The notes under the pieces were generated by a model. It was not told the origin of the DNA. It worked only from the letters and a program-made list of their open reading frames with translations, and ran no database searches. A DNA stretch of 64,000 nt, from contig MU057880.1 in assembly GCA_013265495.1 (NCBI GenBank), forward strand, positions 1,952,527 to 2,016,526, in the 5' to 3' direction. This DNA is from Vicugna vicugna. Taxonomy: Eukaryota. Positions 1-13,236 of this stretch are shown here, piece after piece (position 1 is the stretch's first letter; each line of letters opens with the position of its first letter). Position numbers and translations under genes: made by a program.

Positions 1-469
1 AGACAGACGCAAGCACAGCGGAGTGCAGGGAATTAAGGGAACTTCGAGGAAGCAGAAGGACCCAGTTGAGGAAGATTCCTTCCCCTGAATCCCATGCCTG
101 AAGGGTTTCAGCGGGGCGGTGGGCCAGTAACCTGTGTGTGTCTTTTGGTCATCCAGTTTGAACTACTGCGATTATCCCGTCCCTCTCGCCACTGAGGTCA
201 GATGTGTGCAGAGGGGGAGGAGGGAGGAAATGGCCATTTTAGTTCACAGCTCTCTAGGTCAAGAAGGGCTGCCCCCAAAGGACTGCATCCACACGTAGAT
301 CTGATGGAGGTGGTGGTGTCATGGGCTTTGAGCATGACGCCATATTGGATGGGACACGGAGGGGTTAGCAAGGCGGTGAGTGTATTTTTCACAGGACTCA
401 CTGGGACCAGAAGGCAGACTGGGACGGCCGGTTACAGGAATGGGCCCTCCTGTGAGCCACCTGGGTGTG

Positions 470-851
470 TGGGTCCCTCCCTCCTGGGCTCAGGGTCTGG
501 CCACGTGGCTTGATTTGATCGGCACAAGAGGTAACACAAGGAGAGTCACAAGCACCTGCACGTGCAGGAAATGCCCACTCAGGACACTGCTCTGAGGCTG
601 TGTGCGAAGAATTGAAATGTGGCCTCATTGAAATTTGAAACACACACACACACACAGGAGGAAAGAGATCCAGCCATCTCGGGCATCCCACCCGAGCTCA
701 CTAACGGAATGCACCCTGCTTCATGAGCCTGGGCGAGACCAGCTGAAGAAGCCCCAGCCCACCTGCACAATCGTGCAAATGAAGCAGCTGTTTTTGTAAG
801 CCATTAAGTTGTTTGGAGGGCACTCTATGCAGTAACATATCCCTGATACCA
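470..851 (+). mobile_element. Old MaLR (MLT1H/I/J-like) LTR fragment with an embedded (CA)n at ~639-656
   Basis: The 3' end reads ...TTTTTGTAAGCCATTAAGTTGTTTGG...GCAGTAACATATCCCTGATAC, resembling the MLT1 terminus. Subfamily and left edge are approximate. Confidence 0.55.
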
Positions 852-2784
852 CCACCTCTTCCCTCTCCCTGCTTTTATTGTCTAATATCTCCCAAGACAC
901 CCCAAAATGTTCCTGATCTCTGGGTGCTACTATTTACTTTTCTATTTTTATTCTAAAAAGTGTCAATAATAAGCTCTCTTTTTCTCAGACTCTTCAACTC
1001 ATACGCTTTCTGGCTCCTTGATATCTTGTTAATAAGAGCATTAATCTTCCAAATATTTTGCTACTTGCAAGCATGGTCATGCCGTCAGCCAAATACCAAT
1101 TCAAATACTCCATTTATCTGACTCACATGTGTAACATATGGTGTTAATGTAAGAGAAACACTTTAGGATCAGACAAATTTAAGAAGCCAGCTTTGGCATT
1201 TATGAACAGTCAGTTTCAATTATCTCGTGTTTAAATAGTGAAAAAACATAGTCACTCAATAAGAAGCTAATGCTATTATCCTTGTTATGAGCTCATATGA
1301 TTACTGCAACTGATCCAGTCTTCATTTAGAAATATAACTGAATAATTAAGCAAATTAATAAAAAGATCTACATCCCCATCTTTCTCCAAAATAAATTTGT
1401 AATTAAACATAAGGATGATCATATAAGGGCACAGTGTTGAGTCTTGGTTACTAATGATTGGTTGTTTTCTTAACATTGGAAATTAAAGAGTTCTGAATGT
1501 AAAACTCTGACTTGAAAGGAGTACAGGATTTGGTGCTCAGAAATCCATATATGATGTCTGAATTTATCATTTATCACTAGCTGATTTGGCTCAGTCTTTT
1601 ACCCTCCCTGGACCTCTGTTTTTTATTTACAAGTTCCAGTAGCTCCATCACAGGGCTGTATGTAAAATGCAAAAAGCTATATTTAAAATAGAGCTCACAG
1701 GTGACTGACCTACCATGTTAAGAAAGTTTGAATTTTCCTTAATCTACATTTTTTAATTTGCAGATAACAAAATTAAGGCCTCCAGAAACCATTACTTTTA
1801 GCACCAAATAGCATGTTTTCCAATAACAGAACAGGTAACTGGTATTAACCAGCTATTAATAGCCTACATTTCTATATTCTAATATGTTTAGTTCTCAAAA
1901 TGAATCAAATATCTCCTTTTCTGAACTTATAATTTGCTTAGTGTTTGAAAATAAAAATATCTCATGGAAATGAGCAGCTCATTTTTAAAATGAATAACCA
2001 AAAAGAAAAAAATATTGCAGTCCCTATAATGTACAATTTTCTTTCAACCCACCAATGGAATTAGCAGTCCCCCAGTTGCCCACGCATCCAACTCCTCGTC
2101 TGCACTGCAGACCCGCTCGCAGCCAACCCCAGGACTAACCTCAGTGTTTCACTTCCCTCTGAACCCTCTCCTGACGCCTACTCTAAGTCCCAACGCCGCG
2201 GCCCCGCCATGGCACTTCCTGTCACTTTCTACCATAAGGGCGCACATGAGTGTCACAGCCTAGTAGTCAGTTCATTGCTCTTTCCAGTCAGATTATGAGT
2301 CAAGAGTTAGGCGTCTATACTTTACGTTTCCATCCTCAATTCCTAGCCCAGGGAATGGCCTAGAATAGGTGGTCAGAAAAGGCTTACGCATCCTGATTCT
2401 GTGAATAAAATAATGAGCAAATAAATGCTATTTAATAATCTTAATAAAGCTGACTGAATCCCTGACACGTTTTTACCCTTCAAATATTTCTAACACAAAC
2501 TGAGCCCCTTGAGTTCCATGCTAAAGGGAAACCTGAAAGCACAGCTGTGGAGGCAGCCAGGTGGTGTGTTCTCAGTCTGAGCCACCACCTTGAAGCTAAT
2601 GGCTACTGGCTTTGGGAGCACCCAAAATTCCAGGTGTTTCCCAGGGACTCAATAGAGGCAACACATGCCAAGTTTCTGAAAAGGTACAAGGCAGAACAAG
2701 CATAGAAACACTTGAAATTGTTTATGCCCAAGTGAGGAGGCACATTTCTTCAGAGGAATAAAGAGCATGCAGTGTCTGTGCAAT

Positions 2785-2973
2785 TATCACCATCATCATC
2801 ATCACCACCATCACCACCATCATACTCATCAACACCATCATCATCATCACCATCACCAACATCATCACCATCACCCTCATCATCACCATCACCAATACCA
2901 TCATCATCAACGTCATCACTATCCTCCTCCTCCTCTTCATCATCATACACCACCATCATCACCATCATCATCC
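2785..2973. repeat. Degenerate (CAT/CAC)n trinucleotide low-complexity tract
   Basis: Direct reading: ATCACCATCATCATCATCACCACC... It explains the poly-His/Ser/Met/Asp ORFs at 2722-2984. Confidence 0.95.
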
Positions 2974-4699
2974 ACGTAAATTAAATCTAAGTCTGACAGA
3001 GATAATCAGCTCACCTAGCAAATCTCCTCAGCCAGACAGAGCTCTGACTTTCATTGAGAAAACCCAGCATTATACAGGAATTTAAAAGTTATGCAGGTTA
3101 AAGGAGCACTATTTGAATTCGTTATGAAAAGAGTTTAAAAGGAATTTGATCAAAATCACATTTAAAAAATGTAGCTTATAAAAAGCTACCTTTAATGGTA
3201 AAAGTCAGATATTAATAGAAAGCCATTCTGAATTATATAAGATAGAAAAGTATGAATCCATTTATAAAGGATTGATCGGCTCACTTTTCAAGATCCCTTT
3301 ATATGAGCATAAAGCTCAAAATATATCATGCAGTATCTATCTTACTAGAAAAGATGCCTTTATCTTATAAAGTTTGTAGATGGCAAAAATAAATTATTTT
3401 AAATATGTGAAATTTAATAGATATATTACATTTATATAATATTTATATTTTATACTTAAATAGTTAAGTAATCTACAACTTTCTTCCAAAAAAATGAAAT
3501 GTCAAGTAATATCTAAAGGAATAATCTACTTGTTAAATGTGGAAACCCTGAATTTGTATAAATCCACTGCTGAGAAAAGAAAAAACAAATCAGTTGAAAC
3601 TTCATGGCATGCCCCTGAAGAAGCTGCAGTCGTGATGAGAATTCAGGCAGGCCACCCAGGGACCCAGGAATTCACTAGGCTTCACATCAGGACTCACTGT
3701 GAGATCTCGGCCAAGTCATTTAAGCCTTTGGGCATAAGTTTACTAATTTACAAAAAACGAGTGGGTGCCACTAGATAATATCTTAATTCCTTCAAAAAAA
3801 TTCTAACACTCAGATTAAATGATTGTGTCTGAGAACTGTCCTGGAAGCAAGCACAGCTGGGACTGGAACGAACAGCTACTGTTTAAGTCCTGTCTACCTA
3901 GAACACACTTAGGTCATACAGGTGCTTTTGAACTTCATCCTTCTTTCTTCCAGATGAGATAATACCATTTGGCCCATTTTCCTCGATTCTAACGACGCTT
4001 CTCTGTGTGCTAGACTTTTCCTTCCATCTCCTCTCCCATGTGGCACCAGATGAGTATGGCTTCGAGCAGGAGTGAGGAGAGGAAAGATTCACCCTAATGG
4101 GAACATCCATTCCCCCATCATGGCTAACCCACACCTATGCTGTATGTGTGTGTATGTGTATCCATATGTGTGTACATACACGCATACACTCACACACACA
4201 GAGTGCATGGGGTTTCACGTGGAATACTTTCACTTTTCCAGTTCTCTCCAACCCACCCGCACACCCATGTTTTCCAAGCCCAAAAAGAGAAAAGAACTAC
4301 TCATGTGACTGTTACACAATTGCTTTCCTTTCCTGGCTTTAAATTGTTTCTTTCCTTCGAATTTTTTTTAATAAATCATTACTAAGAAAATAAATTTACA
4401 TCTGAGGGGAAAAATATGTATGCCCTGAATTTAAAACTGAAGAATTGCTTAGGTAGAATAAAATTGAATGAAGGAGCTACATAAAAAACGTGACCTAGTA
4501 GATTAACAAACCTGATTATTTACAATCGTAAATGAGTTTTTCCTGGGGTAGTAGCACCCTCCTCTAGTGACTTATATAGAAGTATTGAGTTTGGTCTAAA
4601 ATTGCGTTGTTTTACTGAAAAGGCCATTTCGACAGAACCAGTACTGCAGTATCTTGCTGTGATATCAACAAGAAGGACATCAAATTCTTAACTTATGTT

Positions 4700-4850
4700 A
4701 ATCGATCTATTTTACTATTGCATAACAATATTATAAGGTAGACACTATTATTTTCAGTCTTCACTGTGAGGAAACTGAGACATAACAAGGCTGAGTAATT
4801 TTCCCAAGGACACACATTTAGCAAGCCAGGAAACTGGGGTTCTCCTACAG
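4700..4850 (-). mobile_element. MIR SINE remnant
   Basis: Core-like GAGGAAACTGAGACAT...GAGTAATTTTCCCAAGGACACAC. Confidence 0.6.
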
Positions 4851-5675
4851 ACGCCGGGCTTACTTATTCCAGGAATGTTGTATGCTCTTAACTTCTAAGA
4901 CGTAAAAACATATGCAATACCGACCCCACACTCCAGAGACCATGGCTCCACTCGGGCCATATGTAATTTGTTACTTGAGAGTCACGTGGGAGACAAGTTT
5001 TATGAAACCGTATGAAGTCATCTTCCAATCATTCAGCATAATCTTGAACGATCCCAAATTATAGCTCCACCTCATTCACGAATCCCCTTTAATCTGCTTG
5101 TATTTTTACATTGTCTCACCTCTTGGGTTACTGTTTCATTAATTTAAAACAGAATGTTTAAAATAATATTTCTTTTGACTTACCCTAAACCTCTTCCTTT
5201 GTGCTTCAAGGGGTGCCCCCGAATTATACTACGTATTTTAAAATGTGGTGAATAAGTTCATGTTTATTCTCTTCCAAGTTTTATAAACTTTGATCACCTC
5301 TCCTTTCAACACTTTGACTTTCCATACAAAGAGTTCTTTTAAATGCATTAAATAAAAAATTCAAGAGACAGTTTCAATTTCAAAGTCCTAAAGTTTCAAA
5401 GGAATCCAGAAACTTGTTAGCCAGCCATGTCAAGAAGGACTTAAAAGAAAGTGTTTCTAAAGTTAAAAAATTCTGATTTGGAGGTAGTGTCTACTCTGAC
5501 AAATGACGTTGCAAAAAATCTCAAGGACAATTGCATTATGTCTATTTCTTAAACCAAACATTCTTACAAAAGAAAAGAAAAAAGAAAAAAACTGACCACT
5601 CATGTATTTTCCAAGTCAGAAGCATCCTCGTATCTTAAAATTTTAGCAAACGAGATTTCAAATGTCATTAATGTT

Positions 5676-5927
5676 TCTTTTTAAATTAGAATTCCCTCTG
5701 GATGTATGCCCAGGAGTGGGATTGCTGGATCACAGGGTAAGTCTATTTTTAGTTTTTTGAGGAATCTCCATACTGTTTTCCACAATGGCTGCACCAAACT
5801 ACATTTCCTCCAGCAGTGTAGGAAGAATATGAAAACGAATATATGTATGACTTGGAAATTATGCTGTACATCAGAAATTAACACATTGTAACTGCACTTC
5901 AATTTAAAAAGTCAAAAAAACACAGGA
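5676..5927 (+). mobile_element. Truncated L1 with 5' inversion (twin-priming type)
   Basis: ~5685-5822 is antisense L1 ORF2 C-terminal sequence ([33 protein letters not shown] on minus), joined to a sense 3' UTR end and A-rich tail. TSD AAATGTCATTAATGTT (5660-5675) / AAAAGTCACTAATGTT (5928-5943). Confidence 0.85.
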
Positions 5928-6539
5928 AAAAGTCACTAATGTTAATTAGAATATGAGTAACAGTGGCAAATGACAGGTCTTCAACGACAAAATGCTTGTC
6001 ATAACTCCTGCCAGCATGAGCAATTTTGCTTCTCCCAGACTTCCCACACTTATGATTTAAGGAAGGTTTTAAAATATTTTTCACAGAGAGCTGGCAAACT
6101 CTCCCCTCCTAGATTTTCAACTTTTGTCTTGATTTCTCAGTGGTCCTTCTCTTGCTCAAGTCTCTCAACTGATTGTTGTTTTTACCCCACTAAGTTTGGG
6201 CTGGTTTGCTATACCACAGTCAACTATAGGAACAAATGTCTATATGTCATTTTATCTGTATTCCAATCTACTTCCCCCACCGCCCCCTGCCCCGTTCCTC
6301 CTCTCTCCCCTCTTATAGCCAAATGTCTCCAAATAAGTTCAGGACCCACACGCCATCTCCACGTGCTCACTTACCATCCATGACTGCCCGCTGCTAGGGG
6401 TCTACAAATCCACGCTACCAAACCCACCTGCTGCAGTCTCCAGTGACATTCCTGTCGCCCTGTCTAACAGACCACCGGTCTCTCCTCCTCTGTGACTGTC
6501 AGATGGGGACCCTGTACAAACCATTCAAAATCGCTTTCC

Positions 6540-7880
6540 CCTGCCCTTCACGACACCGCCTTCTAAGCAATTTCTCTGACCTCTCTAAATCCTCCTCTCA
6601 GTCACCTTTGACCTTTCTCCTCCTCTCTGATCACGACATGCTGGTTGGCCTCAGAATTCTTCTCAAACCACATCCTCACCTTAGGCACCTCCATCCACAA
6701 CCACACCTTCAATCATGTCCATGCAGAAATCTGCAAAATCTCCATCTGCAGCCCAGAGCTTGCTCCTGAATCCCAGACCATACGTCCACCTGGCTCCCAG
6801 ACAGCGTCACCAGCAGGTTCCAAGGGACGTTAAGTTCAGTGATCGCGTCTAAAGCTGAGCTTCTAACCTTCCCTTCAGCACCTTCTTTTCCTTTGCAAGC
6901 TCATCAATGAACCACACGCTAAGTTGCTGGAGACAGGAGCATATCCTTCCTTCCTCCTACCTCTTCCTCCACATGGAAGCACTCGCCATGTCTTGTTAAT
7001 TACATCTTCAGAACATCATTCAGACATACCTTCCCTTCAGCTCCAAGTGCCAGGTCCAAGCCACCGTTACTGCCGTCCTGGAGTTTCCCTCCACACTCCA
7101 GGCGGCAGCCACTGTCATCTTACCCATCACTTAATTCTGAATGATGCTTAAATCATCTCTCTTAAAACCATCCAGTCCTCCTATTGCTGTTATTTCAGTT
7201 TGAAAATCCCTGGGAAGTCCTTGCATGATTAGCCACTGTTTCCTCTCCCAACCTTGTCTCATAAAATTCCCCCACTTGAATTCTAGGTTCTGGTCTGTTA
7301 TGGACTAATCTTGACCTTTTGTTTCCTTTCCCCAGAAAGGACTGAAGTACATGCATCCTCCTCTTGAGTACCACCAACATGATACAGCAGAAGTGATGCT
7401 GAGTAGGTCCTGGACCTCATCTTTAATAAGATGGACAGCATCTGCTTTCTCCCCCTTGGACCATTCATCCCTGAGAAGCTCTCTGGAACTCAGCCATTAT
7501 GCAATTAGAAGTCTAAGTTGCAGGGCAAGCTCCCAGGAAACATCCAGCAGCACCTGCCTGCCTTACCAGGGAGCCACTGTAGATTTTCCAGCTCCGTGAA
7601 GCCCCACTGAATGCACCCGGGGCAGAAGAACCACCCAGCTGATACCAGTACACCTACGAGGGGTAACAAAATGACTTGTTTTTACACCTCTACGTTTTGG
7701 CCTGGTTTGTTAAAATAACCATCAATTATGGGAACAAATGTCTATATTTCATCTTATCTATAGTCCAGCTCACAGCAACGGAATCTGTGTTTTGTTTATT
7801 TACTACCATACTTCCAATGCTGACCAGAGTGCCTAGGCTGCCAGCAGATGCCCAATTAATATGTATTGACTGCTTTAACT
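6540..7880 (+). mobile_element. L2 LINE remnant, interrupted by an MLT1 LTR
   Basis: L2-like TGCAGCCCAGAGCTTGCTCCTGAATCCCAGACC and TTAAAACCATCCAGT, plus an L2 3'-end-like stretch at ~7780-7880. Confidence 0.6.
7365..7736 (+). mobile_element. MaLR MLT1-type LTR nested in L2
   Basis: GCAGAAGTGATGCTG...GCAGAAGAACCACCCAGCTGA...GTTTTGGCCTGGTTTGTTA...GGAACA resembles the MLT1 body and 3' end. Confidence 0.6.
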
Positions 7881-7930
7881 AAAAAATAAATTAAAAAATC
7901 AATTTTTATTTGTATCCTATTTTAATAAGG

Positions 7931-8265
7931 GCAATGTAGCCTAATGGTTAAAATCTGAGCTGTCAGGCCAGACTTCATGAGTTAAATCCTGCCTTTCCAC
8001 TTCCTGCTGAGTGATTAAGAAAATGTTACACTCGGGAGGGGAGGGTGTAGCTCAGTGGTAGGGCACATGCTTAGCACGCATGAGGTCCTGGGTTCAATTC
8101 CCAGTACCTCCATTAAAAATAAATAAATAAACCTAATTACTTCCCACACCCCATCCCCACTCCCTCAAAAAAGAAACTTTCTGTGCCTCAATCTGATACT
8201 CTATAGAGTGGGAGTAGTGTTGTGTTGAGGATTAAATAAGACAATACACATGTCAAATGGTGAAT
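7931..8265 (+). mobile_element. MIR SINE split by a Vic-1 insertion
   Basis: MIR 5' part (GTAGCCTAATGGTTAA...GAGTTAAATCCTGCC) precedes the SINE. The core and 3' part (CTTTCTGTGCCTCAAT...GAGGATTAAATAAGACAATAC) follow it. Confidence 0.6.
8034..8175 (+). mobile_element. Vic-1-type camelid tRNA-derived SINE
   Basis: GGGAGGGTGTAGCTCAGTGGTAG (A box)...GGTTCAATTCC (B box)...AAATAAATAAACCTAATTAC tail. Near-identical to the copies at 38015 and 40529. Confidence 0.9.
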
Positions 8266-8462
8266 GGCACGCCAGAGGCTGCCAGGGCAAGTTATTTATC
8301 ATTTACATTTATTTACTGAAATGATAAACTGTCAAACAGAGGGAAGGAATAGCTGTCTGAGTCCCTTTGCTAGCTGGCTGCAGAGCTGCGGTTAGCATCC
8401 TCTGTTTTATTTTTTCCTTCACGTCTTCCTGTTTCTTGTTAATTTTTCGTCACCATCACCCC

Positions 8463-9078
8463 TGACAGGCAGAAAAACAGTCTCCCAAAAATCTCCATAT
8501 TCTAAATTCCCAGAATCTGAGAAGGCGTTAGGTTGCGTGGTAAAGAGGAATGAGGACTGGAGATGGAATTAAGGTTGTTGATCATCTGATTTTGATGCTG
8601 GGAAATTATCCCACTATGATTACAAGAGTCTCCCTCTTTTTTTTTTTTTTTAAAGCAACATAGGTGGAAACAGAGGCCTTCAGATCTGGGTAAAAACAAT
8701 AAGTTAAAAGCATGGTTAGAATTTCAGAAAGTCAGATACAACGCAGACACGAGAGGGTGCCCGAGTGATACAGTCTGAGAAATGTGAGGGCAACGTGAGG
8801 AAGACCTGGCATTGCTGGACTTGGGGACGGCCAGGCAGGAGCCAAGGAACACAGGGGGCCGGGGGGAGGAGTCCAGAAGACGCACGAGGCAAGGAAGTAG
8901 ATTCTCACCCCACCCCACCCAGGGCCTCCAAAGAGAATGGCAGCCCTGCTGACACTGGATTTGAGCTCACTGAGACTAGTTTCAGACTTCTGACCTCCAG
9001 ACTGTAAGGCAATAAATTGTGGTGTTTTTCACCACTAAGTTTGTTGTAATTTATCAGTAGTGATAGGAAACAAATACA
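8463..9078 (+). mobile_element. MaLR MLT1D-like solo LTR
   Basis: GATGGAATTAAGGTTG; AGGAAGTAGATTCTC; CAGCCCTGCTGACAC...GACTTCTGACCTCCAGACTGTAAG...CCACTAAGTTTG...ATAGGAAACAAATACA terminus. Confidence 0.8.
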
Positions 9079-9317
9079 TCACCCATCATGTGTTTTGTGT
9101 GTGAACTCACAAACTGGCACACAATCCCAAACATTAAAGCATGCTATGTTTTCTAAATGGTCCTTGGATTTGTGATGTTTCCTTCCGATATTTCCATTTG
9201 AGGCCATTAATATTCTTCTATCTCCCTTTATTAATACATTTTATTACTGAAAGTGATGAGAATATTTTGATTTTTTATAGCTATTAGTAAAGTTCAAGAA
9301 TGGATAAAGGCACACTG

Positions 9318-10450
9318 AAAAAGACTTATCATATGATCCAGGAATCCCACTCCTGAGCATATATCCAGAAGGAACCCTGCTCCAAAATGACACCTGCACC
9401 CCAATGTTCACAGCAGCACTATTTACAATAGCCAAGACATAGAAACAGCCTAAATGTCCATCAACAGATGACTGGATAAAGAAGAGGTGGTATATTTATA
9501 CAATGGAATACTATTCAGCCATAAAAACTGACAACATAATGCCACTTGCAGCAACATGGATGCTCCTGGAGAATGTTACTCTAAGTGAAGTAAGCCAGAA
9601 AGAGAAAGAAAAATACCATATGAGATCACTCATATGTGGAATCTAAAAAACAAACAAACAAACAAACAAAACATACATACAAAAGAGAAACAGACTCATA
9701 GACATAGAATACAAACTTGTGGTTGCCAAGGGAGTAGGGGGTGGGAAGGTACAGAATGGGATTTCAAAATGTGGAATAGATAAACAAGATTATACTGTAT
9801 AACACAGGGAAATATATACAAGATCTTATGGTAGCTCACAGAGAAAAAAATGTGACAATGAATATATGTATGTTCATGTATAACTGAAAAGTTGTGCTCT
9901 ACACTAGGATTTGACACAACATTGTAAAATGATTATAAATCAATAAAAAATGTTTTAAAAAAAGTTGTGGTATATTTATACAACGGAATACTACTCAGCC
10001 ATTAAAAAGGATAAAGTAATGCCATTTGCAGCAACATGGATGGACTTGGAGATCGTCATTCTAAGTGAAGTAAGTCAGATTGAGGGAAAAAAATACGATA
10101 TGATGTCACTCATATGTGGAATCTAAAACATGACACAAATGAACTTATTTACAAAACAGAAACTGACTTACAGATATAGATAACAACTTACGGCTACCAG
10201 GGCAAAAAGGGGATGGGGGAAGGATAAATTAGGAATTTGGGATTTGCAGAAACACACTACTGTATATAAAATAAATAAACAAGGTATTACTGTACAGCAC
10301 AGGGAACTATATTCAATATCTTATAATGGTCTATAATGAAAAAGAATATGGAAAAGAATATACATATGTGTAACTGAAGCATTGTGCTGTATACCAGAAA
10401 CTAACACAGCATTGTAAGCTGACTATACTTCAATTACAAAAGTAAAAAAG
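9318..10450 (+). mobile_element. Two L1 3' ends of different subfamilies in tandem or nested
   Basis: An ORF2 end and 3' UTR end in AATAAA/A-tail at ~9963. L1 sequence then restarts (GTGGTATATTTATACAA...) and runs to a second, different 3' UTR and tail at ~10450. Confidence 0.9.
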
Positions 10451-11800
10451 TACAAAGAGGAAAATATTAGAAAAAAATAAAGTTTAAATTAGTAATTCAA
10501 GGACTTCAGAGTGGCTATCTCCACTGGAAATGTCAGCACCTCTGACCTGACCCTCCTCTGGAGAAGATAATTTCACCTCCTGATTCTCCAATGAGACAAC
10601 AGAACTGCTGAATTTATTGCAATTATAATAAATGCTCCTGAATCTATAATGTGCAGATTTAAAAAAAAAAAACAGCTCAATCCCTCTGCCAAGAGAGCTA
10701 ACCCAATACACTGACTATTAAATTGATTCAGGGCAACAAGATGCAGAAGCTGTCACACCTGTAAATGAATCTTTAACCATATGTTGTGATGTGTTTATAC
10801 GCTAATGTCTTCGGAAATAGCACATCCTTTGATACCACCTGGTTGGCCATATTTTCTGAATTAGTGCCAATAAAATGGAATAAAATTATAACACATGAAG
10901 CCTGCATTCTTCAAACAACAACAAGGATGCACATGGATTATTTGGGATAAGAAACTCTCAAAGCACTTTTAAAATCTTGAGCCACTACAGAGAAGAAAAT
11001 TCTCCAAATGGGGACATCCAAAAAGGAGGAGTCATTTCATGTGCAATCATCCAAATACTGGTAATTTCTACAGAGCAAATATGAAAGTTATCCTCCCAGT
11101 AAAATATTAGTGTCTGCTTATTGTTTTGGGTATTCACCAGGGAATGAGATAGGCAGAAAAAAAAATGCCTTGGAAGAAACAAGTGTAGAATATCAAGTAC
11201 TTTGAATTGAAGAGCTTAATGTAGTATATTTTCTGCTTCTGTACTCAATGGCAATGTGTAAGATTGTGACTGGGTTTGAACGGTGATAAATCATTTTGGA
11301 AGCATCAATGCAACTGGAAAATAGAAATGGAAAAGTTTCCCTAAGGACTGTTTACAGTAGTTTCTGTGTCTTCTTCCTGTACTTTTTTTGAGAGGTTAGT
11401 GAGAGAACGATAAAGAGAAAGATTGAAAACAAGAGTATATTGTGTCTGTCATAGTGAGAGATCAATACGACAGAGAGGTTTGTTTAAAGGTGAGGCAAAG
11501 GTAACCAATCAAACAGTGGTCAGAATAAAACCTAGCCCTGTGAACTGGGTCAGAATTAGGAGCAACGGTTAGAGAAAGGCTAGACTATAGCTCAGAAGCC
11601 ACATGGGGACCAAGGTTCGTTCTCAGCACCCTCTAATCATCACAGATGAGCAGCAGGACAGCTTTTTGGAAGCTCGCCAGCCAGTTTAGCAGGAAATAAT
11701 GTCCTTCTCCTTGACTTCCCTTTGTTGTGATGGGCACAGAAAGTGGTACAGACCTGGACCTGAAGTTAGAGCCCATCCAGGAGCAAAAGTTACTGTTATT

Positions 11801-12469
11801 CAGTATGGAGATCCCTTACAAAACTGAAAACAGACTTACCATGTGATCCAGCAATCCCATTCCTGGGCATATATCCGGGGAAAACTGTTAATTCTAAATG
11901 ATACATGCACCCCAATGTTCACAGCAACACTATTCGCAATAACCAAGACATTGGAAGCAACCTAAATGTCCATCAACAGAAGACTGGATAAAGAAATTGT
12001 GGTATGTTTATACAATAGAATACTACTCTGCCATAAAAAAGAATAAAATAATGCCATTTGCAGTAGCATGGATGGACCTAGAGATTGTCATTCTGAGTGA
12101 AGTAAGTCAGGTAAAGAAAGACAAATATCATAAGACATCAGTTATATATGGAATTTAAAAAATGACACAAATGAACTTATTTACAAAACAAAAAGAGACT
12201 CCCAGACATAGAAAACAAACTTATGGTTTCCAGAGGGGAAGCTGGGGGGAGGGATACATTGGGAGTTTGATATTAACAGATACACACTATTATATATAAA
12301 ATAGATGAACAACAAGGACCTACTGTACAGCACAGGGAACTCTATTCAATATCTTGTAATGATCTATAATGAAAAATACAAAAGGAATATATGCACATTT
12401 ATAAATGGATCACTATGTTGTACACTGGAAACTAACACAACACTGTAAATCAACTATACTTCAATTTTG
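11801..12469 (+). mobile_element. 5'-truncated L1 3' end
   Basis: ORF2 end plus 3' UTR. TSD AAAAGTTACTGTTATT (11785-11800) / AAAAGTGACTGTTATT (12470-12485). Confidence 0.92.
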
Positions 12470-13047
12470 AAAAGTGACTGTTATTTGAGAAGGACCAGAG
12501 CTGCAGAAAGAGGTCAACAGATGCTAAGTCATAGCTTTACTGCTTAAAGTGCAGAGATGGTATTTTCTCTAAGCTTCCACATAAAGATTTAGATAATATG
12601 CTCATAAGGTCTCATAAATGAGGCCCTCCCATTGGACTCATGCACATTCATTACTTCTCTTGGTCTTCAAGACTGGACCAAAGCACTGCCTTCTATGCAG
12701 CTAGTGTGGCCAGGGGATGAAGCGTCACCACGTCTGGGCAATGACAAGTGAGGGGGAATGACGTGTGCACGTCCCAGGATGTGTTTTCAGTGCAGATGGT
12801 GCTTCTCTTCCTCACTCCCCACCTCATGCTGCTAGAAATAAGGACCTGGCCCTGAGTGTCGGCTGGTGAGGCCAAAAGAGGCAAAGCCCTTCGGGTGGGG
12901 GAGTCTGGACTCCCAGGTGACCACAGGGAGAGACCCATCACAGCAGCCATCGACCAGCTACATCAGGGTTGTTATATTGGTTAAGTCACCTTGATGGGGT
13001 CTCTTCTCTGCAAAGCCAAATCTGTATTATTATTAACAGTGTGAATT

Positions 13048-13236
13048 CAGCACAGGGAATTATATTTAATATTTTATAGTAACTCATGATGAAAAAGAAT
13101 ATGAAAATGAATATATGTATATTCATGTGTGACTGAAGCATTGTGCTGTGTACTAGAAATTGATACAATGTTGTCAACTGACCATACTTCAATAAATAAA
13201 TGTATATATATATATATATGCACACACAAAAAAAAA
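13048..13236 (+). mobile_element. Short L1 3' end
   Basis: CAGCACAGGGAATTATATTTAAT...CCATACTTCAATAAA, then a (TA)n/A tail; homologous to other L1 ends in the window. Confidence 0.85.

Noticed and set aside
2722..2984. Poly-His/Ser/Met/Asp ORFs
   Set aside because: They are translations of a (CAT/CAC)n tract, with no splice or gene context.
11620..11640. Second RE1 site (TCAGCACC half-site; also at ~10532)
   Set aside because: The right half-site GGACAG is missing at canonical spacing.
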